A stretch of DNA of 64,000 bases, taken from Patescibacteria group bacterium UBA3466. GTDB lineage: Bacteria > Patescibacteriota > Minisyncoccia > Phycocordibacterales > UBA918. The stretch lies in the NCBI GenBank assembly GCA_002378195.1, contig DFRJ01000002.1, forward strand, positions 329,677 to 393,676, written 5' to 3'. The position numbers and the translations under genes are program-made. Numbering within the stretch: the stretch's first letter is position 1; each line of letters opens with the position of its first letter. A model generated the notes under the pieces. That model saw nothing but the letters and a program-made list of their open reading frames with translations. It was not told where the DNA came from and searched no databases. Positions 28,100-36,955 of the stretch are shown here, in pieces.

Positions 28100-28795
28100 T
28101 TAAGAACCATTGGCTATAACCTTACGATATTGCCACGTCCGACGGATTAAGTAGAGTAGTATTACAATACCGATCGGGTAGTAGATCAGTGACGACGTCA
28201 ACATCTTCAAGGCTGAGTAGCCATAAAATGATTGGATAGTACGAGCATTCGAGATCGCTTCAAAATAGCCACTTGATTCTCCAGGCTGACCTAAGTCCAA
28301 GACATATTTACCAATATTAACCGGTGTACTTACCTCAAGCCTATACACACCATCGTCTAGCTGTTGGGTGATAATGTCACTCTGCCAGAAAGTTAAACCA
28401 ACTCCACCATCCTTAATTCTAGTCCAGTTTTCATTCTGTGGATTAAAACGCGCAATCTCGGTCACTCCGCCACCCCGGCGATCTTGCTTAACTAAGATTA
28501 AACCAAACGGTATCGGATCACCTTCCACTTGATACAACTGACGCAGTGACACATTGAAGGCAGTGTCCTCACTAAGTTTAAATTGATACATTACCGGAAA
28601 ATCTTCCAGGGTACCAAGATGGGTTTGTCGTTCATCAATATCTATATCGATATCAACCACCTCATACGGTTTTTGCACTTCAGTCAAAAGCACTTCATAG
28701 GCCAACACTGGTGAGGCCAGTAGGGTCACCCCCAAGATGAACAGTATTTTTTTCATAGCTTTATCATAGCAAAAGCCCGAAGTGCCGTCAGGCAC
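28100..28795 (-). CDS. Secreted protein with signal peptide and C-terminal TM anchor, unknown function
   Basis: Signal peptide (MKKILFILGVTLLASPVLA). C-terminal hydrophobic helix. Confidence 0.5.
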   Translation of the reverse strand: MPDGTSGFCYDKAMKKILFILGVTLLASPVLAYEVLLTEVQKPYEVVDIDIDIDERQTHLGTLEDFPVMYQFKLSEDTAFNVSLRQLYQVEGDPIPFGLILVKQDRRGGGVTEIARFNPQNENWTRIKDGGVGLTFWQSDIITQQLDDGVYRLEVSTPVNIGKYVLDLGQPGESSGYFEAISNARTIQSFYGYSALKMLTSSLIYYPIGIVILLYLIRRTWQYRKVIANGS

Positions 28796-28804
28796 TTCGG
28801 GCTA
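28771..28804 (-). terminator. Intrinsic terminator (GCCCGAAGTGCC-GTCA-GGCACTTCGGGC plus T-run on the minus strand)
   Basis: Read directly from the sequence. Confidence 0.65.
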
Positions 28805-28813
28805 ATATGGCTG

Positions 28814-29416
28814 TTAGTTTCTATTCCAGCCTCTATCTGGCAATTCCACTCCAGCTTCTTCTAAAATTGATCGTACCGTCTCTCTATCATTGGCTGCTCT
28901 TGCCACTCGCACCGCCTCTCGCTGCTCTTCGGTCAAATTCTCAATAATATCTGGTCTTTCCGGCTTGTGCTTACGCTCTATCCCTAAGTCATCAAAGATC
29001 TCTCGTGCCTCTTCGTGCTGCCCATCTTCTCTCAGTTCATGAGCTTCCCTAAATTTCTCAAAGTCAGCTTCAGAGGTAATAATATCGGCCAATGGACCGT
29101 CTTCTATCGCCTCTACAAAAGCTTCGTAGTCATTGTTCTCCACCGCTTCCCTTACCTCATTCTTAATCTCTCGCTTTGCGTCGCGAATAGACCGCATCAC
29201 TTCTTCATCAATACCAGCTTCGATTAGAATGTCTCTGGCTGAATCAGCATCTCCGTTTTTTCTTAGCTCATGCGCTTCTTCCAACGCAGCTATTTGATCC
29301 TCTGAAATATTGGCTCTTTGCAGAACCTTAGTCCCGCCATACGCATGCACTCCGGTCGTAGTGACCGCAAAGGCTGCTATGGCAATAAGTAATGATTTCG
29401 ATTGCATAAATTTCAA
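28814..29416 (-). CDS. Secreted helical repeat protein (three ~35-aa E/R-rich repeats)
   Basis: Signal peptide. Repeats EAHELRKNGDADSARDILIEAGIDEEV, FREAHELREDGQHEEAREIFDDLGIE and VRVARAANDRETVRSILEEAGVELPD. Confidence 0.5.
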   Translation of the reverse strand: MKFMQSKSLLIAIAAFAVTTTGVHAYGGTKVLQRANISEDQIAALEEAHELRKNGDADSARDILIEAGIDEEVMRSIRDAKREIKNEVREAVENNDYEAFVEAIEDGPLADIITSEADFEKFREAHELREDGQHEEAREIFDDLGIERKHKPERPDIIENLTEEQREAVRVARAANDRETVRSILEEAGVELPDRGWNRN

Positions 29417-29567
29417 TAGTTAATTAATTTTTGCAAGTGCTTCCGTCGGCCGCTCTTGTCACTTGCCTTAATTATTACGAACAAACCTTTAGAGCATTTC
29501 AAAAAGACGCAATTCCAAAATGGAATTGCGTCTTTTTGAAGATGTACGTCTCTTCCTTCAATCTATT

Positions 29568-30074
29568 TCAAATCGTATTAAAGTAATCCCAAACAGTAGC
29601 CAAACTTTGCCAAAGTTCACCATCACCATCGACCGCCGTGCCGCACGAATCTAAGAAATACGTCTCACCGGCTACGGTAATTTCATAAATTAGATCCAGT
29701 CCATCAACATCAGAATTACAACTTTCCGGATCAACCGGCTCAGATTCAATCGCCAGCGCTTCTGGTGTTAAATTAACTTTTAACTGCCTACTAATATTTA
29801 ACGGCAACACACCTTCACGAGTCAGTCGCTCACCATTGTCATCAGCACCATAAATAACACGATACTCACCATCATTATTAACATGAAAAGACGGACAAAC
29901 ATTCCGACACCCACCATACATGTCAGCAGTTACCGAAAACTCAGTCAAGGCGATACGATCATCAGCCACTCCGTTATTAACCAACGGCAAAAAACCAGTG
30001 GTATAGAAATATGCTCCGGTAAAAATCCCAGCGATTAAAGTAATAACTACACTCAGCCAATCCTGCTTATACAT
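29568..30074 (-). CDS. Secreted or membrane-anchored hypothetical protein (N-terminal TM, several Cys)
   Basis: ORF with an N-terminal hydrophobic segment. Confidence 0.45.
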   Translation of the reverse strand: MYKQDWLSVVITLIAGIFTGAYFYTTGFLPLVNNGVADDRIALTEFSVTADMYGGCRNVCPSFHVNNDGEYRVIYGADDNGERLTREGVLPLNISRQLKVNLTPEALAIESEPVDPESCNSDVDGLDLIYEITVAGETYFLDSCGTAVDGDGELWQSLATVWDYFNTI

Positions 30075-30141
30075 AATCCTAAGTATATCACCATAAATCT
30101 ACCATTTAATACAATTGGTTATGAGTACCAATATTCATGTA

Positions 30142-30180
30142 CAAAAAAATGGCTTCGCGCATATACATGCGCGAAGCCAT
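30142..30180 (-). terminator. Strong intrinsic terminator: a 14-bp-stem perfect hairpin (ATGGCTTCGCGCAT-ATAC-ATGCGCGAAGCCAT) followed on the minus strand by T8
   Basis: Read directly from the sequence. It lies downstream of the GC-rich ORF. Confidence 0.7.
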
Positions 30181-30224
30181 GGGCAAAGGATTCAAGTGCA
30201 AGCACATAGAATCCAAAGTCTAGG

Positions 30225-30818
30225 TCACCTTGCACCAACCGCCGCGGGGCAGTCGTCGCGCCAGTCGTAGCCGAGCCAGTTAGCGTACCAGTGCCACCTG
30301 TCGCCGACCCAGAGGAGATAACGGACGTAGAGGCGGCCGTCCCGGTTGCGGTAGATCGTCCCCCAGAAGAAAACGGCTTTGCCTTTCCACTCCTCGGGAA
30401 TGAGATGCGGTTTGGCGATCAGGTAGTCGAGAACATTTGCGTTCAAGACAGGCTTGTTCGCCAACCCCTTGCGGAGCTTGTAGCCTTTAATCCTTTTGCC
30501 GTTCTTCTGGCCTTTGTCGCGGTGGAGCGCATTCTTCTGGGATTCTTTGTCCCATTTGAACGCACCGCGTACTCGATTTGGGAGTTGCCCGTCGTCGGAC
30601 AGAATCGACCAGCCGTCGGGAACGTGCGGCTTGGCGTCGCAGTCGATGATGTGCTCAGGGGTGATAATTTCGACATCGCCAAGCAGGACGCGACGGACGG
30701 TGGCGAGCATATCCCCTTGCGAGAGCTTCTTCACTTCAGCCGGAGTCCAGCCATTTCGCTCGAAAGCGTGATCGAGTTCCGCAGCTTGGCGCGTAGACAT
30801 GATGAACCTGTCAGTCAT
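30225..30818 (-). CDS. Hypothetical protein encoded in an anomalously GC-rich segment (W/R-rich C-terminus), probably horizontally acquired
   Basis: AGAGGA RBS 8 nt upstream of the ATG at 30818. Local GC is visibly much higher than in flanking DNA. A long ORF overlaps on the opposite strand (30291-30935), as expected in GC-rich DNA. Confidence 0.5.
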   Translation of the reverse strand: MTDRFIMSTRQAAELDHAFERNGWTPAEVKKLSQGDMLATVRRVLLGDVEIITPEHIIDCDAKPHVPDGWSILSDDGQLPNRVRGAFKWDKESQKNALHRDKGQKNGKRIKGYKLRKGLANKPVLNANVLDYLIAKPHLIPEEWKGKAVFFWGTIYRNRDGRLYVRYLLWVGDRWHWYANWLGYDWRDDCPAAVGAR

Positions 30819-31067
30819 GACGTGTTCCTCTTTGGTTGTGTGACGTGTTCGAAGACGAACGTGTCACTTGCCAGCGGGCCTAACCGAGTATTTAGGGTTT
30901 GCCGTAGCAGCCAAAGTCCAACTTTTAGACACTGACTGCCACGGCAGACGTAAGTTTAAAAGGATCATTCGATCTAAATTTTGCCACAATATATTAGCAT
31001 TGTAAAGACAAGCACCCTAAACCGTCTTACACCTAGAATCAGATTGGTGCACACAGAATCTCAATCA

Positions 31068-31181
31068 TGGTGCAAGGATGCGCCTCGCAAAGAAAGCGGA
31101 GAAGACAGGATTCGAACCTGCTCACGGTAAAATAATCTCCCAGATTATTTTACCCCACACACGCTTTCCCCTGCAGTGCGG
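31068..31181 (-). repeat. 114-nt repeat A, copy 1. It is tRNA-like: a T-arm-like GCAGGTTCGAATCCTGT plus an acceptor-like 3' strand, a perfect 12-bp hairpin (GGTAAAATAATC-TGGGA-GATTATTTTACC), and ...TTGCACCA at its minus-strand end
   Basis: It matches 31993-32106 with 1 mismatch. I could not fold it as a complete tRNA: no 5' acceptor strand is present. Confidence 0.6.
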
Positions 31182-31272
31182 GCGGTCTCGAGTTAGGACC
31201 GTGTGATACCAAGCCCTGCTTGACCGACTCAACGATATTTTGGATTTAAACCGATAGTGCCTCGAGCACTTA

Positions 31273-31869
31273 CTACAATGAAGCTTCAAACTCTTTTTTA
31301 AACACCGCTAATACATACTTTGAAATTGCGTAGATGCCTAAAATATGACTTTCAGTTTCATTGAAGGACCAACTTCTACAATGCAATAGAGTATCGTTAT
31401 AGTTTTTATCTGAATGGGCACCCTCCTTATTCGCAACCGATCTTATCAGTTCTCTTATGGTAATTTGTTCCTTGAAAAGGATTTGATCAACCCATTCATC
31501 CACCGACATTTCTTCCATTTCCTTTGAGAAGAGTAAAGTGAATATAGGTATTGTTTCATTTATTACCTCCAACCTGCCTGGCATCACATTCTGTAAACCA
31601 TTTAGTAACGATGGTGTGTTTTCAAGTATTTTTACAAAGTGGAGTTTATGTAACTTAAAATCTGGAATGATACGATTTATAAGTGGAGAAGGGTTCGTTT
31701 CACACAGTAACTTTCTTAGCTCAACTGCCATTGGTTGATATGTGAGAAAATTACCTGCTTCATAGGTTCCAATGTGAGTTTCGAGAAGTGTGAAACTATT
31801 TTTTAAATCCTGTTTGTTCTTTTCTGAAGCGCTCATGCCGTCATTATAAACAAAACCAGCACGAAACAT
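31273..31869 (-). CDS. Hypothetical low-GC protein (198 aa), the cargo between repeat A copy 1 and the tRNA-Ser 3' fragment
   Basis: ORF with no family recognised. It sits inside the tRNA-associated repeat structure. Confidence 0.5.
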   Translation of the reverse strand: MFRAGFVYNDGMSASEKNKQDLKNSFTLLETHIGTYEAGNFLTYQPMAVELRKLLCETNPSPLINRIIPDFKLHKLHFVKILENTPSLLNGLQNVMPGRLEVINETIPIFTLLFSKEMEEMSVDEWVDQILFKEQITIRELIRSVANKEGAHSDKNYNDTLLHCRSWSFNETESHILGIYAISKYVLAVFKKEFEASL

Positions 31870-31893
31870 AGTGTCTCGTGCTAGCTCTAAACG

Positions 31894-31942
31894 GCGGAGA
31901 GTGAGGGATTCGAACCCTCGATACGATTTCTCGTATACATCC
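31894..31942 (-). repeat. 49-nt direct repeat of the 3' part of tRNA-Ser(GGA) (variable arm, T-arm and acceptor 3' strand); an att-like scar
   Basis: It is identical to 32104-32152 of the intact tRNA. Confidence 0.7.
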
Positions 31943-31992
31943 GCCGACCTGATTTTTAAGGAGGCACGACTATAAAAATGGAAGTGCCCTAG

Positions 31993-32106
31993 TGGTGCAA
32001 GGATGCGCCTCGCAAAGAAAGCGGAGAAGACAGGATTCGAACCTGCTCACGGTAAAATAATCTCCCAGATTATTTTACCCCACACACGCTTTCCCTTGCA
32101 GTGCGG
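31993..32106 (-). repeat. 114-nt repeat A, copy 2, abutting (3-nt overlap) the 3' end of intact tRNA-Ser
   Basis: See copy 1. Confidence 0.6.
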
Positions 32107-32190
32107 AGAGTGAGGGATTCGAACCCTCGATACGATTTCTCGTATACATCCTTTCCAAGGATGCGCGATCGACCACTCTGCCAACTCTCC
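32104..32190 (-). tRNA. tRNA-Ser (anticodon GGA), type II with long variable arm; the 3' CCA is not encoded
   Basis: The minus strand reads GGAGAGT-TG-GCAGAGTGGTCGATCGC-G-CATCC-TTGGAAA-GGATG-TATACGAGAAATCGTATC-GAGGG-TTCGAAT-CCCTC-ACTCTCC-G. The anticodon loop is TTGGAAA. A variable-arm hairpin is present. Confidence 0.75.
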
Positions 32191-32325
32191 GTGGTGGGCC
32201 AGATTATACATTTTTATTACTCGCGGCGTAAGGGCCGTAAACAGATCTCGACCTACCTTGGCCCCTAAATTCACTTCGTTCATATCGAGCGCTAGCACTC
32301 TCATTTGAGATTAGTGGCAAGTAAA

Positions 32326-33231
32326 TTAATTTTGTTTTCCATCCATTCCCCTTAGTTTTGCAATCCGGTCGGTGGCTGGCGGGTGAGTAGCGAACAAACC
32401 ATTAATTTTCTGCATTACTCCCCTGCTGCGCTCTTGAAATGGATCAGAAATAAACAAATGAGCAGTGGCATGTGAAGCTTTTTGCATCGGTCGGGCAGTG
32501 GCGCTAATTTTCTCCAGCGCTGACGCCAAACCTTCAGGATACCGAGTAAGCAACGCTCCAGTAGCATCTGCTAGATACTCACGCTTCCTAGAGATGGCTA
32601 GCTGTATCAGCTTGGCCGCAATCGGTGCCAGGATAATCCCTACAATACCAATCAATAAGAAAGCCGGATGTCGATCACGATTGTTGCCGCCACCGTAAAT
32701 CAACGTGCGCGAAAGCACATCAGCCACGATCGCTACAAAGCCAGCCAACACTACCGCCACGGTCATCACCAACATATCTCGATTGCCAACATGAGCCAGC
32801 TCGTGCGCCATCACCCCCTCGAGTTCGTTGCGATCCAAGAGCTCCAAGAGGCCGGTAGTAGCGGCTACCACGGCGTGTTCTGGGTCTCGCCCAGTCGCAA
32901 ACGCATTGGGCGCCGGATCATCGACAATGTACACCCTTGGCATCGGCAAGCCAGCAGTAATAGATAGATTTTCGACGATGTTATAAAGCTCTCTCGCCTC
33001 TTCTCTGGTCGCTGGCTTGGCGTTCGTCATCCGCAACACGATCTTATCTGAGTACCAATAGCTTCCGATACTGGTCACAAGCGCCATAATCGCACCAATG
33101 TACAAAATAGCTGGATTGCCCATATACCAAGACACCCCGTAACAAATAGCAATCACCATCACCGCAAAAAAACCCATCAACATGAAGGTTTTCATGACAT
33201 TATTCGATTGTTGGGTATATAAAGTCGACAT
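32326..33231 (-). CDS. htpX: Zinc metalloprotease HtpX (M48 family)
   Basis: HELAHVGNRD zinc motif. TM topology and length fit. The start may be the internal MKTF at about 33195. Confidence 0.85.
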   Translation of the reverse strand: MSTLYTQQSNNVMKTFMLMGFFAVMVIAICYGVSWYMGNPAILYIGAIMALVTSIGSYWYSDKIVLRMTNAKPATREEARELYNIVENLSITAGLPMPRVYIVDDPAPNAFATGRDPEHAVVAATTGLLELLDRNELEGVMAHELAHVGNRDMLVMTVAVVLAGFVAIVADVLSRTLIYGGGNNRDRHPAFLLIGIVGIILAPIAAKLIQLAISRKREYLADATGALLTRYPEGLASALEKISATARPMQKASHATAHLFISDPFQERSRGVMQKINGLFATHPPATDRIAKLRGMDGKQN

Positions 33232-33236
33232 TGTTT

Positions 33237-33270
33237 GTTACGTAGCATGTTACGTAACATGCTACGTAAC
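33237..33270. promoter_or_regulatory. Perfect 34-bp palindrome GTTACGTAGCATGTTACG|TAACATGCTACGTAAC (three TACGTA cores 12 bp apart) immediately upstream of htpX
   Basis: Read directly from the sequence. The half-site TTACGTAGCATG resembles TAACGCGCATG at 381-417. Confidence 0.55.
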
Positions 33271-33293
33271 AACACCACATTCGCCTCAAAGCA

Positions 33294-33683
33294 CTACAAA
33301 GGAATGCCCTGCACGCTTTCGTTAGAACGGTAGTCAACATCCGCCGACCAGTGCAGGTAGTAGCCATGTTTATAACCTCCCTTCTCTAACAAATTAGCCT
33401 TTCTGGCTTCAATTAGTTGTTCTTTTGGTATATCCAATTGCTTGATCAAGGTTTCTAGCACTACCATCAAGTCGCTGTATTCCTCCAAAAACTCCTCCTT
33501 GCTTCTGGACATTGCTAGAGACGCCGCCTCTTCCTGAATTTTCTTGAATAATTCCTGTTGCAGTTCTTGAACATCGGTGATATTCCGCACCTCACACTCT
33601 TGGTGCTTAGCCTCGATCTTGGCTGGAATATTATCGCGAATAAGCTTGTTGTAGTAGACTCGATTGATTTCAGACATAGTCAC
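33294..33683 (-). CDS. Small all-alpha protein, possibly a MazG/HisE-like nucleotide pyrophosphohydrolase
   Basis: The N-terminus (VYYNKLIRDNIPAKIE) resembles the KLVRDxIP motif of MazG-like NTP-PPases. The match is weak. Confidence 0.4.
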   Translation of the reverse strand: MTMSEINRVYYNKLIRDNIPAKIEAKHQECEVRNITDVQELQQELFKKIQEEAASLAMSRSKEEFLEEYSDLMVVLETLIKQLDIPKEQLIEARKANLLEKGGYKHGYYLHWSADVDYRSNESVQGIPL

Positions 33684-34276
33684 TAGAATTGTACTTTTAC
33701 ATTCTCCCGTTCTTCTGAACCCTCTTCTAATTCGAAGAATTCCTTAGCTTTAAACTTGGAAAACATTGCTGCCACCATATTTGACGGGAAGGTTTCGAGC
33801 GCAATCGCTAGATCACGCACATTCGTGTTGTAGAAGCGTCGCGCAGCCTGAATCTTGTTTTCAGTGTCTGACAGTTCACGCTGTAGTTCGAGGAAGTTGG
33901 TATTGGCTTTCAAATCTGGATAGTTCTCAGCTACTGCCAATAGTCGGCTAAGTGCACCGCTCAAGGCTGACTCAGCGCCCGCCATAGCAGCGATTTGTTC
34001 TGGAGTCACATCACCGGCATCAATGTGGGTTGAAGTTGCTTGTGCTCGCGCCGCTGTTACCTGATCGAGCGTTTCTTTTTCGTGCGCAGCATAACCTTTA
34101 ACAGTCTCGATCAGATTTGGAATCAAGTCGTACCGACGCTTCAGCTGCACATCAATATCAGCCCAAGCTTCTTCAGCTCGCTTGATCAAGCGAACAAATT
34201 TGTTGTATGCCCCAATAACATAAAGAGCGATTACAACTAAAACAATAATGAAAATCCACAATGGGTTCATAAACAA
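33683..34276 (-). CDS. lemA: LemA family protein
   Basis: N-terminal TM, then GAYNKFVRLIKRAEEAWADIDVQLKRRYDLIPNLIETVKGYAAHE, which is the LemA signature. The LemA-HtpX adjacency is typical. Confidence 0.8.
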   Translation of the reverse strand: MFMNPLWIFIIVLVVIALYVIGAYNKFVRLIKRAEEAWADIDVQLKRRYDLIPNLIETVKGYAAHEKETLDQVTAARAQATSTHIDAGDVTPEQIAAMAGAESALSGALSRLLAVAENYPDLKANTNFLELQRELSDTENKIQAARRFYNTNVRDLAIALETFPSNMVAAMFSKFKAKEFFELEEGSEERENVKVQF

Positions 34277-34455
34277 TGATTTATATTTTTACCCTTACAT
34301 TTTAACACAAAAAGCGCGGACCGTAGGTTCGCGCCTTTTGTTCGAATGGTGTAGAAATTCCTGAAAATACGAGGCGCAAAAGAAAAACGACTTAAGTGGG
34401 ACCAGTGTCCAGCGAAAGTCGTTTTTCTTGAAGCAACAAAGTAGTTTCTAAATTT

Positions 34456-36135
<1,680 letters not shown>

Positions 36136-36138
36136 TTA

Positions 36139-36456
36139 CTAGCTATTAAAGATTCCTAGAATACCTGCTTCAGAGACAATGAAGTATTTATTGTCATTAA
36201 ATTTCACCTCATCAAAACCGTATTTGGTAAATACAATCCGATCTCCTTCTTTCACTTCCATTGGAATACGCTTTTCTCCATCTTCATCCCACTTACCAGG
36301 ACCAGTAGCGATAACAATACCCTGCTCTGGCTTTTCTTCCTTGGCTGAGTCAGGAATGATAATTCCCGAAGCTGAAACTGTACCTAATTCTTCTTCAGTT
36401 AATGGTCGCACCACCACTCGGTCGCCTAATGGCTTGATTGGACTCTTTTCACTCAT
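36139..36456 (-). CDS. groES: Co-chaperonin GroES (Cpn10)
   Basis: [17 protein letters not shown]...[10 protein letters not shown] is the GroES signature. It lies directly upstream of groEL. Confidence 0.9.
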   Translation of the reverse strand: MSEKSPIKPLGDRVVVRPLTEEELGTVSASGIIIPDSAKEEKPEQGIVIATGPGKWDEDGEKRIPMEVKEGDRIVFTKYGFDEVKFNDNKYFIVSEAGILGIFNS

Positions 36457-36515
36457 ATCTTTCTTTAATAAAGTATTAAGAACTAATTTTTAAATTTCTC
36501 TTCAAATATCAGGTT

Positions 36516-36581
36516 GCGACAACAAAATCAATCGTGCTCATGTCGCGCCGGTATTATACTGATCATAGAACGCTAATGCAA
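36516..36581 (-). promoter_or_regulatory. groESL promoter (TTGCAT-N17-TATAAT) followed by an inverted repeat GCGACA-N19-TGTCGC at the predicted TSS/5'UTR (not CIRCE)
   Basis: The minus strand reads TTGCATTAGCGTTCTATGATCAGTATAAT at 36553-36581. The IR arms are at 36516-36521 and 36541-36546. Confidence 0.5.
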
Positions 36582-36631
36582 TTACTACCAAGCCTTGCCT
36601 ATGCTGACCATTTCTGCTAATATCTGTCGGC

Positions 36632-36871
36632 ATGAATATTATCCAAACAGTGCTACCGGCACTGCCTTACATCCAGATAATTCTCTCCATCCTACTCGTT
36701 GCAGCAATCTTGCTTCAGCAGCGTGGTTCTAGTTTGGGAGGAGCCTTTGGAGGTGACAACTTTAGTTCATCATTCCACAAGCGCCGAGGCGCGGAACTAT
36801 TCCTATTCAAGTTTTCAATCGGTATTGCAATACTATTTGTATTCTCTACTCTCTTGAATATCTTTGCGTAA
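36632..36871 (+). CDS. secG: Preprotein translocase subunit SecG
   Basis: 79 aa with two TM helices and the SecG-typical LLQQRGSSLGGAFGG motif. Confidence 0.65.
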   Translation: MNIIQTVLPALPYIQIILSILLVAAILLQQRGSSLGGAFGGDNFSSSFHKRRGAELFLFKFSIGIAILFVFSTLLNIFA

Positions 36872-36955
36872 GCTTAAATTTTACCTTTTGCTGCAATTAA
36901 TAGTGATCTGGAAAGATTAACTTAGTACTTTAGTAACAATTAGCCTTATTAATCC

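Noticed and set aside
30838-30872. Inverted repeat GTGACGTGTTCG-AAGA-CGAACGTGTCAC upstream of the GC-rich ORF
   Set aside because: It is imperfect (the central GTG/ACG positions do not pair) and a single occurrence. It may be an operator, but the evidence is too thin to list as a feature.
30291-30935. 214-aa plus-strand ORF overlapping the GC-rich gene
   Set aside because: It is the antisense frame of the high-GC segment. Long spurious ORFs are expected in GC-rich DNA. The minus-strand ORF has an RBS and terminator.
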